Shown here: in pieces, positions 38,040-48,064 of the stretch | How positions within the stretch are numbered: position 1 is the stretch's first letter | How the letters are laid out: each line of letters starts with the position of its first letter | Assembly: GCA_049320885.1 (NCBI GenBank) | Contig: JBMORA010000035.1 | Coordinates: 1 to 64,000, forward strand | Reading direction: 5' to 3' | Origin: Thermodesulfobacteriota bacterium | GTDB taxonomy: Bacteria > Desulfobacterota > Desulfobacteria > Desulfobacterales > SURF-7 | DNA length: 64,000 nt | Translations under genes and position numbers: made by a program | The notes under the pieces: generated by a model | Seen by the model: only the letters and a program-made list of their open reading frames with translations | Told to the model about the DNA's origin: nothing | Databases searched by the model: none

Positions 38040-39851
38040 ATGGGCTCCGATATCCCGACGATATTGCGGAATCACAAGGATTGGATCGAATCGGCGGGCG
38101 CCGGCGGGCGCCGGGCGGATTTCGCCCGGGCCGATCTGCGGGGCGTCGTCTTGCAGAGCTCGGATTTGCGGTCGGCTGATTTTCGTCAGGCCGATCTCCG
38201 GGAGGCGGATTTGCGGTTTTCCCTGCTGGATTCCGCCGACCTGAAGGGGGCTTTGCTGGAGGGTGCCCTGCTGGAAGGGGCCAGTCTGCGAAAGGCGGTT
38301 CTCACCGAGGCGCGGCTGGAGGGCGCTGATTTCGTCAAGGCCTGTCTCGCGGAAGCGAATCTGGCCCGGGCCCATGGCGAAGGAGCTGATTTTTCACATG
38401 CCGATCTGGGCAAGGCCGAACTGGATCTGGCGAATCTGCAGGGCGCCTGTTTCCGGAATGCGGATCTCGGAAATGCGGAACTCGGAGGTTCAGACCTTTC
38501 CAACGCCATCCTTACCGGGGCGAATCTGACCCATGCGTTGCTGAAACGCGCCGATTTGAGCCATGCCGACCTGTCGGCGGCGGTTCTGGATGATGCGGAT
38601 TTGGAGGACAGCCGCCTGGGACAGGTGTGCCTGGCGAAGGCGCGGCTCCAGGGTGCCAACATGACCGGCGCCGATCTGACCAATGCCGATCTGACCGAAG
38701 CCTGTTTGCGGAACGCCCATCTGAAATTCGCTTTTTTCATGGGCGCTTCGCTGGCAAGGGCTGATTTGCGGCATGCCGACATGGAAGGATGCAACCTCAT
38801 GAGCGCGGATTTGAGCCGGGCTGACATGGGAAAAGCCCTGGCCATGAGGTCTAACCTGGACAAGGCCGATTTGAGCGGGTGCCGCCTGGAGAAGGCCAAA
38901 TTGCTCAGCGCTTCCCTGAAGGGCTGCCGCCTTGCCAAAGCCGATCTGCGTAGCGCCAATCTGGACGGCGCCTGCCTGGACGGATCCGATCTGAGCGAAG
39001 CCTGCCTGACGGACGCGACGCTGAATCTGGCTTCCCTGCGGGGCGCCAATCTCGGGCGCGCCGTTCTGAAGGGAGCCTCCCTGAAGGGCGCCGGCCTTTC
39101 GGGGGCGAAACTTTCGGGGGCGTGCCTGCAGCAAGCCGATCTGGAGGGCGCCAGGCTGGATTACTGCGATTTGTCCCGCGCCGATCTGCGCGACGCCATG
39201 TTGGAAGGCGCTGGATTCAAGCGTGCCAGCCTGCGGAAAGCCGATTTGTCCAAAGCCCGCATGGATCACAGCGATCTGGTGGGCGCGGATCTGGAGGGAG
39301 CGAAAATCGACGGCGAGACCGTCGACCCCCGGAACTGGCGGCGTCTGCTCCTGCCTCCCACCTATCGGACCATGGATTTCCGGCCCGCCGAGTCCAAGGA
39401 CGAGCTTCCGGTCGACCCGGGCGTGCGCTTCTGCCTGACCAACGAGGAAACCCTCACTCCCCATGACCTTTCCACCCGGATCGGACCTTATCTGGAAGCC
39501 CTTGCCGCGATTCAGGAAGTCATCGCCGTTCTGTCGGGCCTTCCGGCCGGACAGGTCAAGGTTGCCTCCATTACCTGCCGGTCCTCCATTTGCATCGAGG
39601 TCCAGGGGATCGGCGAGGCGTTTCAGTATCTCAACGATCATATTGTTCCCTGGCGGGAAAACCAGGAGGATTCCCGAAAAGAGCCGCGACAAACCGATCG
39701 GCGGATTCAGGAGGAATTGATCGCCGGCCTGCTGGACCGCACGGCGCCGCATTTGACGGCCGAGGAACAGGCCGCGTACCTGGAAAGGCTGCTGCCCGCC
39801 CATCGGCTGCTGATCCACAGCCGGCTCGATGACGGCCTGATGCCGCTGTAG
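38040..39851 (+). CDS. Large pentapeptide repeat protein with C-terminal domain
   Basis: About 400 aa of A(D/N)LxX repeats after ILRNHKDWIES..G.RADF; non-repeat tail. Confidence 0.92.
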   Translation: MGSDIPTILRNHKDWIESAGAGGRRADFARADLRGVVLQSSDLRSADFRQADLREADLRFSLLDSADLKGALLEGALLEGASLRKAVLTEARLEGADFVKACLAEANLARAHGEGADFSHADLGKAELDLANLQGACFRNADLGNAELGGSDLSNAILTGANLTHALLKRADLSHADLSAAVLDDADLEDSRLGQVCLAKARLQGANMTGADLTNADLTEACLRNAHLKFAFFMGASLARADLRHADMEGCNLMSADLSRADMGKALAMRSNLDKADLSGCRLEKAKLLSASLKGCRLAKADLRSANLDGACLDGSDLSEACLTDATLNLASLRGANLGRAVLKGASLKGAGLSGAKLSGACLQQADLEGARLDYCDLSRADLRDAMLEGAGFKRASLRKADLSKARMDHSDLVGADLEGAKIDGETVDPRNWRRLLLPPTYRTMDFRPAESKDELPVDPGVRFCLTNEETLTPHDLSTRIGPYLEALAAIQEVIAVLSGLPAGQVKVASITCRSSICIEVQGIGEAFQYLNDHIVPWRENQEDSRKEPRQTDRRIQEELIAGLLDRTAPHLTAEEQAAYLERLLPAHRLLIHSRLDDGLMPL

Positions 39852-39884
39852 GCGCTCTGTGGCCGCGACCGCAGGTCGAAGGCG

Positions 39885-40667
39885 CTATTTCCGCGGCCGG
39901 CCGTTGAGTTTCCCGTAGAGGGCTTCGAATTCCAGGGTCAGTTTGTGTTTCGGCGCCAGGTGGATCATGGGCAGCGATTTCTCGTGGGATTCGCGGATTT
40001 TAACCGATGAGGACAGATAGGCCTCGATCACCGGAAGGCCTTCGTCGATCAGCTCCGTGACGATTTTTTGGGGCAGGTTGGCCCGGGGTTGGAACTGATT
40101 GACGATGATGCCTTCGATCACCAGGTCCGGGTTGTGGTCTTCCCGGATTTCGTCGACATTTTCCATCAGAGCGTACAAGGCGCGGCGGGAGAAATCGTCG
40201 CAGTCAAAGGGGATCAGGCAACGGTCTGCGGCGATCAGGGCTGAACGGGTATAGAAATTATAGGCCGGCGGCGTATCGATGAAAATGGAGTGATACTCAT
40301 CCAGTTTTTTAAGGGAATCCCTAAGTTTATACATCTTGTAGCGGGATTCCAGCTTGGCCGTCAGGTCTTCCAGGGAGGGATGGGCCGGCAGGATGTCCAG
40401 GTTTGTAAAGGCGGTTTCGCGGATGCATTCCCGGGGATTTTTGGGACGGAAGGTGAAATACAGCAGATCGTTGAAAAAATCCGTGGCGGTGACCGTCAAC
40501 TCCTCGGTTGCTTCTCCGAGCAGGTACTGGGAGGAGTTGCATTGGGGATCAAGATCAATGAGCAGCGTCCGTTTGCCGTGCATGGCGCTGATGGCGGCCA
40601 GATTGCAGGCAATGGTGGACTTGCCGACACCGCCTTTCTGGTTGAAGATCACGCGACAGGTTTGCAT
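39885..40667 (-). CDS. ParA family ATPase (no parB in window)
   Basis: NQKGGVGKST deviant Walker A, IDLDPQCN, IDTPP. Confidence 0.92.
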   Translation of the reverse strand: MQTCRVIFNQKGGVGKSTIACNLAAISAMHGKRTLLIDLDPQCNSSQYLLGEATEELTVTATDFFNDLLYFTFRPKNPRECIRETAFTNLDILPAHPSLEDLTAKLESRYKMYKLRDSLKKLDEYHSIFIDTPPAYNFYTRSALIAADRCLIPFDCDDFSRRALYALMENVDEIREDHNPDLVIEGIIVNQFQPRANLPQKIVTELIDEGLPVIEAYLSSSVKIRESHEKSLPMIHLAPKHKLTLEFEALYGKLNGRPRK

Positions 40668-40790
40668 GGAACCCCCCTTTGAAACAGTATCTTTTCGGCT
40701 GTGTACCGTGTTTTTCCTGGGACCTGGTATGGCTGGGATGATACGATTGTCCGGACTATGTCCGAAAACCCGACCGGTGTCAAGAGTCGT

Positions 40791-42833
40791 TCATTTTTTA
40801 TCCAGGGGCCAGTAGTGCCCGATTCCTTCCATATGGAGGGGGGAATCGCCGTTTTCCAGGCGATCCAGATGAAATACCGCCGGTCCGAATTCCGGTTTCT
40901 CCTTCAGCAGTCTCCGGCACCTTTCTCCGGCGGTTTTTACATCCAGGCGATCCAAAAGATCCAGTATCCGGGCCAATTCCCCGTAGGCTTCCTCCTCGTC
41001 CGGGCCGGCGGGAGTAAAAAACGAAACGGGGATTTTCTTGCCCTTCACGCTGACCCGTCCCACCAGGCATAGCTCCGATTCCCGGTTTTGCCGGGTTTTT
41101 TTCAGGCAGGCGTCGGAGACCAGCAGGCGGGTGCCGAAAAACTTGTTGATGCCCTCGGTCCGGGAAGCCGTGTTGACCGTGTCGCCGATGGCAGTGTAAT
41201 CGATGTACAGGTCCGAGCCGATGTTGCCCACCACGGCCTCGCCGCTGTGCAGACCGATGCGCATGGTCAGGGACGGGAGGCCGGTTTGACAACGCTCCCG
41301 GTTCGCCTCTTCCACGCGCGTGAGCATCGCCAGGGCCGCCCGGATCGCCATGTCCGCCTGGTTCTCCTGGGGCTCCGGCGCGCCCCAGAACGCCATGACG
41401 CCGTCGCCGAGGAACTTGTCCAGGGTGCCCTCGTGGGCGAAAATGACTTCGGTCATGTCCTTCAGATGACGCTGGAGCAGGGTGATGACCGTATCCGTGG
41501 GCAGTTCCTCGGACAGGGTCGTGAAGCCGGCCAGATCAGCGAAGAGGACCGTGATTTCGGAACGATCGCCGGCCATGGCCATGCGGAACGGTTCCGCGAG
41601 CATATGGCGGGCCACCCGCTCCGGCAGATACCGGAACAACTGGGTGCGGATGAGCAGCCGACCGTCGCGTTCCCGGATATAGGCGGTGACCGTGGCGTAC
41701 AGGAAATGGAGGACGGCGAAAAACAGGAAAGGACCGAGGAGCAGCACGATGTCGTTGCGAAACAGCAGAAAGGCGGCGCCTTCGAGGGCCGAAAGGAGGA
41801 CGGTCATGGAGGCCAGGGCTCCCGCGGGATGGGTGAACCGTCCGGAAACCACCAGGCAGGTGAGAATCCAGATGAGAAACAGGGGCGGGACGGCCGCGGC
41901 CGGTAGCAGGCGGATGACCCGGTTCCGGGACAGGGAGGCGAATACGTTGGCGTGGATTTCCACGCCGGCGGTGAAGCCGGGGCGGTAGGGGGTCAGGAAC
42001 AGGTCGCTCTGCTGGCCGGGGGTCAGGGGCGCATAGAGGGCCCGGCCGATGAAGACCGTTTTGCCGCGCAGGTCTTCCCGGTAGCCTTCGGCCAGGTTGT
42101 CGTCGCAGAGTTCAAAAAAGGAAAGGGTGCGGAAACACCCCGGTCCGCCGAAATACCGGATCATCCCCGGCGGCGGAGCGATGGCGCCGGGGCTTGTCAG
42201 GTTCAGCAGCCTTTCCGGCGCCGCCGGCAGACGTTTTGGAACCTCGCCGGCCGGTGGTCGCCTGATCCGCCAGCCGCCGCAGAAATAATCCAGGCTTTGA
42301 CAAAAGCCCTTGGGGATGCCGGCGCCCCCGAACATATCCCGGACCACTCCATCCATGTCCACCGGCACAATGGCGTTGCCGGGTATGGCGCCCTGCCGGA
42401 CGAACCGTTCCAGGGGCGGACTGGATACGCCCCTGTCCAACTCCGCCGCCAGGACCGTGGGGACGAGATTCAAGGCCTGTTCGAAGCGCCGGTCGTCGGC
42501 CTCGCCGAAGCCCGAGGGCAGATCGAAGAGGATATCGAAAAAAACGGCCGTGGCGCCGAATTCCGCCAGTTTTTCCAGGACCGTCGCGTGGAGGGACCGG
42601 GGATAGGGATACTTGAGGCCGCCCTGAAGATCAGCCAGGACATCCAGGGTGGCGTCGTCGATGGCCACGATCACGATGTCCCGGGGCTCTTCGGGACCGG
42701 CATCGAGTCTGGCGTGCAGGTCGTAAATATAGCGTTCGGTGACGCCCCAGAAGTCCGTGGCCGCCAGCAGCAAAGCCAGCAGGGCGATGACCGGAACCGC
42801 GGCCCGGCTCCTCAGCGTCGCCAAGAGGTTCAT
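40791..42833 (-). CDS. CHASE2-domain class III adenylate cyclase
   Basis: IVIVAIDD, YPYPRSLHA, FDILF, GVEIHA; TMs; FADLAGFT, DKFLGDGVMA, IGDTVNTASRTEG. Confidence 0.9.
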   Translation of the reverse strand: MNLLATLRSRAAVPVIALLALLLAATDFWGVTERYIYDLHARLDAGPEEPRDIVIVAIDDATLDVLADLQGGLKYPYPRSLHATVLEKLAEFGATAVFFDILFDLPSGFGEADDRRFEQALNLVPTVLAAELDRGVSSPPLERFVRQGAIPGNAIVPVDMDGVVRDMFGGAGIPKGFCQSLDYFCGGWRIRRPPAGEVPKRLPAAPERLLNLTSPGAIAPPPGMIRYFGGPGCFRTLSFFELCDDNLAEGYREDLRGKTVFIGRALYAPLTPGQQSDLFLTPYRPGFTAGVEIHANVFASLSRNRVIRLLPAAAVPPLFLIWILTCLVVSGRFTHPAGALASMTVLLSALEGAAFLLFRNDIVLLLGPFLFFAVLHFLYATVTAYIRERDGRLLIRTQLFRYLPERVARHMLAEPFRMAMAGDRSEITVLFADLAGFTTLSEELPTDTVITLLQRHLKDMTEVIFAHEGTLDKFLGDGVMAFWGAPEPQENQADMAIRAALAMLTRVEEANRERCQTGLPSLTMRIGLHSGEAVVGNIGSDLYIDYTAIGDTVNTASRTEGINKFFGTRLLVSDACLKKTRQNRESELCLVGRVSVKGKKIPVSFFTPAGPDEEEAYGELARILDLLDRLDVKTAGERCRRLLKEKPEFGPAVFHLDRLENGDSPLHMEGIGHYWPLDKK

Positions 42834-42847
42834 TTTTCGGTCTGGAT

Positions 42848-45800
42848 TCAAAAAAAACATATGGCCATGATCCGGGTCGACCAGACGGTGTCGTGGCTGC
42901 ATTCCGGCGGGCCGGTGAGGTCCTCCATGGTCCGGTCCTCGCAGCGGGTTTTCAGTTCCAGCTCCAGGTCGTTGTCCAGCAGGGACCAGCCGATGAGGGG
43001 CTCCACAAACCAGATCCGTTGTTTTTCCATGGCGGCTGGTTCCGCATCGGGGCGGCGCAGCAGATGGCCCGCAACCAGCTTGAGGGTTGCGCCGTTTCCA
43101 AAAAAATAGGCCAGCCCGGCATCAACAGCCTGTTCGTCGTATTCGTACGGCATTTCGTGGCGGGCGTGGCGCCATCCCAGGTGCCCGGCCAGGCGTTCGG
43201 TGATCAAGGCCTCCAGGTAGGCGTGGAGCCGCTCGGTGGTGGCCAGCCGGTTATCCCGGGCTTCCGTTCCGGCTGGGTCGAACCGGGAGGTTTCCGCGCG
43301 ATCCACCCCGGCTTCGAGGCCGCAGAACAGCGGCAAGGCCGGCAGGGTGTAATCCATTGCTACGGCAGCGGTTTTTTGGGTCAGGGAGAGCATTTCCTCG
43401 GGAGTATACGCATCGGAGATGTCGGTGGAAATCAGCGGGAAAGCCGCCAGCATGACCGGTTGCAGGCGGGCGCCCCGGTCTCCTGCAAGGTCTTCGATGT
43501 AGGCGGCCCGCAGACGCCAGTTCTCCGCGAAATCCCAGCCGGCGCCGATGACGGGATTCACCTGGGCGGTGGAATACCTCCGGCCGTCTTCCAGGGAATA
43601 CTGAAGCGCGTGGGTGAACAGTCCCCAGCCGGCGAAGAGGTCTTCCGCCACGGCGAGCTGATGGAAAAAATGGCCGGACAGCAGGCTGTTTTTAATCCCG
43701 GTGGTGGAAAAAGAGTCGGTGTCCGCGGGAACATAGGTGGTGGTGCTGCCGGTATTCTCCCGGCCGTCCGCATACCGGCAGCCGGCCTGGAAATGATTCC
43801 GGCCGGCGGATTTCCAGAGGGCGGCCTGGAGGATGCGGCGGAGGGTCTTCTGATCGCCGTCCATGCGGGTGGAGGCAAGGCTCTGGATGGTGGTGTCGGC
43901 TCCGAACCGGGAGTCGGCGCCTTCCTGGGAATAATTCACCAGAAACTGGGTCTCCTCACCCAGTTTCAGGCGGCTGCCGAATCCGGCGGCGCCCATGTCG
44001 CTTTCGGAACGTGAGGCGGTGACGCTTTGGGTGGACATGGGCGGCAGGTCGGGGAAGGCGGGAAAATAGAGGCTGGAAAAGGTGTCCGTGTCGCTGTCCG
44101 TATCCGCGCGGGTCAGGCGGAGTTCCGAATACAAATCCAGGTTCCAGGAGGGCCGCCATTTCAGGAAGGCCGAGGTGTAATCGGTGTCCAGGTCCTGATC
44201 CATGTGCATGTCCGTTCGGGTTTCATAGCCGGGGGCCGGCTGGATGCTTTGGGTCGAGAGCCGGGTTTCACCGGAATTTTTTGAAAAGACGGCGGCAACA
44301 GCCAGGGGCAGGGAGGGTTTGGCGGCCACGGAGCCGGTATAGGTCTGCTGGGTATTGACCGTTATGTCGTCCCGCTGGGAGAAAAACTGTCCGGCCAGAT
44401 GGATATCCGCGCCGGCGCGGTCGAACATCTCCTGGTAAGCGGACAGGCTGGATTCGTCGAAAACGACCCCCGCCCGGGTGGGAGCGGTGAACAGTTTGGC
44501 GAGGGTCAGCTCGGATTCCGCCGCCGGATAATACAGGCGCGGATCATTCAGCAGGGCGAAATACAACCTTCGATGGGCGCCTTCGTCCATGGGGTTGGTT
44601 TCCAGGGCCCGGGCCGCCGTCAGGGTGGACGCGTGGGTCAGGCCCAGTTCGTGGTATATCCCGGCGGCGTTGCTCATCAGCACGGCATTGTCTTGGTCCA
44701 GGAGAAAGCGGGAGCGCAGGACCGCCCGGTTGTGGTTCAGGGCCTTGGCTTTTTCCAGATCCCGGAGGGCCTCGCCGGGCCGGTGCCGGGCATATTTCAG
44801 CATGGCGCCGTACAGATAGGGGGTCGGATCCCGGGGATCCAGGCGCTTGGCCCGATCCAAGCCCGATTCCGCCTGATCCCATTGCTTCAGTTCGTAAAAG
44901 GCCTTGGCCAGGTAGGACTGGCTGATGGAGGAGCGGGGGGCGAGGAGGGCGGCCTCGGCCATGGCCCGGGTGCCTTCTTCCGGCCGGTTGAGGTTGAACA
45001 GGGCGATGCCGGCGCCCAGGGCCGCGTCGGCTTCTTCCGGTTCCCGGGCCCGGGCGCGGCGGAAATGTTCGAGGGCTTCTTGCGGAAACCCTTCCCGCAG
45101 GGCGGTGAATCCCAGCAGGGTTTCTTTTTCCGCCTCATGGGGGCCGCCGGGAGGAATGCTTTCCAGCAGGTGGTGGCAGGCCGGGATATCATCGGTTTCC
45201 AGGGCGATGGTCGCAGCGGTGAGCCGGGCCGGAACAAAACCGGGAGCGGCGGCCACGGCTTTGCGGCTGAAGGCGCCGGCTCCGTCCATATCGAGTTCCG
45301 CCTTTTTGACCAGCGCCATGGTCATCAGCGCCAGGGCGGAATCCGGCTGGAGGGCGAGGGCCTTTTCCGCCAGGTTCCGGGCCTGGTCCATCCGGTTCTG
45401 GACGATGGCCGCCATCGCCGGCATGGCCAGGGGCAGGGCCCAATCCGGGGCCAGTCGGGCGGCGGCGGCGAAGAAACTTTCCGCTTCCCGGTCTTTTCCG
45501 GCCACCAGATGCAGGAATCCCGCGAGTGCATTCCAGGAGGCGGTCCGGCCGGACTCCGGCCGGGAAGCCGCAAGGATATCAAAGGCGGATTTCAGATCCA
45601 TCCCATGGCAGGCGGAAAGCGCCTGCTCCATGACCAGGGCAAAGGCCTCGCCGTCCCGGAATTTGTCCGCTTCGTCCCAGGGCGGACGGTAGCGCAGGGT
45701 CCAGTTGACGGCGTTCTCCGGCATGACCAGGGCGGTTTTGATCGGTGCCGTCCCCGGCCGGATCAGGGCGGCCTCTCCGGCTCCCAGAATCAGGCTGCCG

Positions 45801-46297
45801 TGATCGTTGTTCACGCGGACCCGGCCGTCCAGGATGCCGATGACGGTCCGGCCTTCCGGGTCCACTTCCATGAACCATTCCGTTCCCCGGATGGTAGCCG
45901 TGGCCGACGGGGAGGCGATCCCGAAGCGTCCGTCCCGGCTGCGGCCCCGCAGCCAGACCTTGCCTTTTTTCAACAACCCGTTCCGGCCGCCGGCGGACGG
46001 ACCCTGGTAGATGAAATCCGTGTTTTCGTCGATTTTCAGGAGCATGTAATCGGGCAGCAGCAGGGATATGGCGCCGAAGGGGCCGGTGACGAGACTTGTA
46101 CCCGGCGCGATGTTCCCGCCGATGACCGCATCGCTGCGCTGTTCTTGAAGGAAGCAGCCGGCCTCGGGCCGGAAGGCGACGATTTTGGCAGTGCCGGCGG
46201 CAAAAGCAAGGGAGTGTTGCACCAGGCAAAGAGTGAACAGGATCGTCCGGACCGTTCGGTCCGGAAAAAACTGGCGGAAGGCAGCAGGATTCAGCAT
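42848..46297 (-). CDS. FecR-TPR-beta-barrel (TonB-dependent receptor-like) protein
   Basis: Signal peptide; FecR (SPSATATIRGTEW); TPRs; LRSRFLLDQD; C-terminal amphipathic strands ending in F. Confidence 0.8.
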   Translation of the reverse strand: MLNPAAFRQFFPDRTVRTILFTLCLVQHSLAFAAGTAKIVAFRPEAGCFLQEQRSDAVIGGNIAPGTSLVTGPFGAISLLLPDYMLLKIDENTDFIYQGPSAGGRNGLLKKGKVWLRGRSRDGRFGIASPSATATIRGTEWFMEVDPEGRTVIGILDGRVRVNNDHGSLILGAGEAALIRPGTAPIKTALVMPENAVNWTLRYRPPWDEADKFRDGEAFALVMEQALSACHGMDLKSAFDILAASRPESGRTASWNALAGFLHLVAGKDREAESFFAAAARLAPDWALPLAMPAMAAIVQNRMDQARNLAEKALALQPDSALALMTMALVKKAELDMDGAGAFSRKAVAAAPGFVPARLTAATIALETDDIPACHHLLESIPPGGPHEAEKETLLGFTALREGFPQEALEHFRRARAREPEEADAALGAGIALFNLNRPEEGTRAMAEAALLAPRSSISQSYLAKAFYELKQWDQAESGLDRAKRLDPRDPTPYLYGAMLKYARHRPGEALRDLEKAKALNHNRAVLRSRFLLDQDNAVLMSNAAGIYHELGLTHASTLTAARALETNPMDEGAHRRLYFALLNDPRLYYPAAESELTLAKLFTAPTRAGVVFDESSLSAYQEMFDRAGADIHLAGQFFSQRDDITVNTQQTYTGSVAAKPSLPLAVAAVFSKNSGETRLSTQSIQPAPGYETRTDMHMDQDLDTDYTSAFLKWRPSWNLDLYSELRLTRADTDSDTDTFSSLYFPAFPDLPPMSTQSVTASRSESDMGAAGFGSRLKLGEETQFLVNYSQEGADSRFGADTTIQSLASTRMDGDQKTLRRILQAALWKSAGRNHFQAGCRYADGRENTGSTTTYVPADTDSFSTTGIKNSLLSGHFFHQLAVAEDLFAGWGLFTHALQYSLEDGRRYSTAQVNPVIGAGWDFAENWRLRAAYIEDLAGDRGARLQPVMLAAFPLISTDISDAYTPEEMLSLTQKTAAVAMDYTLPALPLFCGLEAGVDRAETSRFDPAGTEARDNRLATTERLHAYLEALITERLAGHLGWRHARHEMPYEYDEQAVDAGLAYFFGNGATLKLVAGHLLRRPDAEPAAMEKQRIWFVEPLIGWSLLDNDLELELKTRCEDRTMEDLTGPPECSHDTVWSTRIMAICFF

Positions 46298-46517
46298 GGC
46301 ATTACCATAAAGAAGACGGCCGGCGATGGTAGTGGTTGAACGGGATCCGGCCGGGCAGGGGCCGGAAACGCTGGGCGATGTCCTCTTATTTACAATACAA
46401 CCGCTTGGGACACAAGCGTGATTTTTGCCTGGCGGCGGGCCGGAGGCAGAACTGCTTCCGGGAAGATTTCGTGCCCTGCAGCGGAGCGGGTGGCTGAAAA
46501 ATCAGGCGGCCGCTCTT

Positions 46518-47699
46518 TCAATCCTTGCTTGCTCCCTGTGCATACCGCCCGTAACCTTCCTTTTCCAGATCCGCCTCCGGGATGAAGCGCAGGGCCGCCG
46601 AATTGATGCAGTAACGCAGACCCGTGGGTTCGGGGCCGTCGTCAAAGACATGGCCCAGATGGGAGTCCCCGTACCGGCTGCGCACCTCGGTGCGGGTCAT
46701 GAAGAGGCTCCGGTCGGTCTTTTCGATGATATAGTGCGCATCCAGCGGCCGGATGAAACTCGGCCAGCCGGTGCCGGAATCGAATTTGTCGGCGGAATGG
46801 AACAGGGGTTCGCCGCTGACGATATCCACATAGATGCCGGGAGCGTGGTTTTCCCAATATTCGTTCTGGAAGGGCGGCTCGGTGCCGTTTTTTCGGACCA
46901 CCTGGTATTGCAGGGGCGTCAGGCGTCGGCGCAGGGTTTCGTCGTCCGGACGCTCATACGGCTTTTTTTCGGCAGCGCGGATGTCCCTGTTTTCCCCTTC
47001 CTTCAAGGGGGCGGCGGCATCCGGGGCGGCGGTTTCCGGTCGCGGCCCGGGTTTCGCTTCATCCTTTTCCTGCCAGACAGTTTCCAGAAACCGGTCGCGG
47101 CCGGAGTTGTAACGGTAAAAGCGGTAGCGGATGGGATTTTTCTTGTAGTAATCCTGGTGGTAGTCCTCGGCCGGATAAAACCGCCCCAGGGGCAGGATTT
47201 CCGTTGCGATGGGCCGGTCGAAACGTCCGGAGGCGGCCAGTTTCCGTTTGGATTCCTCCGCCAGAAGGCGTTCCTTGTCATCGGCGTAAAAAATCACGCT
47301 GCGATACTGGGCCCCCCGGTCCACGAACTGCCCGCCGGCGTCGGTGGGATCCACATGTTTCCAAAAAACATCGAGCAGGCCGGCATAGTCGATTTTTGCC
47401 GGATCGTAGATCACCTGGATGGCTTCCACATGGCCGGTTACTCCCGAGGATACTTGTTCGTAAGTCGGATCCGCGACCTGTCCGCCGGTGTAACCGGAAA
47501 TGACCGCCGTCACTCCCGGCGCTTTTTCAAAATCCGATTCCGTGCACCAGAAACACCCGCCGGCGAAAACGGCGGTCCGGGTTTCCGTGGCGCCGAATGC
47601 CGGTGCATCCGAATCGGCGAAAAGACCGAACCGGAAACGGTAGCCCGCGAGGAGACCCGCGGCCATCAGAATACTCAGGATGAGGGTTGTGTTTTTCAT
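46518..47699 (-). CDS. msrAB: Bifunctional methionine sulfoxide reductase MsrA/MsrB with export signal
   Basis: [44 protein letters not shown]-terminal signal. Confidence 0.93.
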   Translation of the reverse strand: MKNTTLILSILMAAGLLAGYRFRFGLFADSDAPAFGATETRTAVFAGGCFWCTESDFEKAPGVTAVISGYTGGQVADPTYEQVSSGVTGHVEAIQVIYDPAKIDYAGLLDVFWKHVDPTDAGGQFVDRGAQYRSVIFYADDKERLLAEESKRKLAASGRFDRPIATEILPLGRFYPAEDYHQDYYKKNPIRYRFYRYNSGRDRFLETVWQEKDEAKPGPRPETAAPDAAAPLKEGENRDIRAAEKKPYERPDDETLRRRLTPLQYQVVRKNGTEPPFQNEYWENHAPGIYVDIVSGEPLFHSADKFDSGTGWPSFIRPLDAHYIIEKTDRSLFMTRTEVRSRYGDSHLGHVFDDGPEPTGLRYCINSAALRFIPEADLEKEGYGRYAQGASKD

Positions 47700-47859
47700 G
47701 GTTTCCCCCTTTCGGATGGATTCGGGCCGGCGGTCATTCCGTCGGCATGAATCCGGTCGGGGCATTTTCCCCGGATGGTCGTCCCTGCTTACCGGATTAT
47801 CATAAGCATCGAAACGGCCTTTGGGAAGATCCGGGGACTCGGCCTCGTTCCGCCATGGA

Positions 47860-47910
47860 ATCCGTGGATAATAAAATGAACCACGGATGTAATCAGATGG
47901 ACACGGATGG
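47860..47910. repeat. ACAGATGAA-family hairpin copy
   Basis: atccgtgg-ataataaaatgaa-ccacggat...cagatggacacggat; the reverse complement closely matches 28456-28486. Confidence 0.7.
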
Positions 47911-48064
47911 ATGACACCATGATTACGGAGACCAATGCGGGGAAACGATTGAAGGTCGAACGGGGGCAAGGCCCTGTCTGGACTCCCATCCGGAAGTCAA
48001 GAAAAGCGTGAACCGTTACGCTCCAGTTTTTCACCTTTTCCCAGGGCTGATCCCGGCAACTGGT

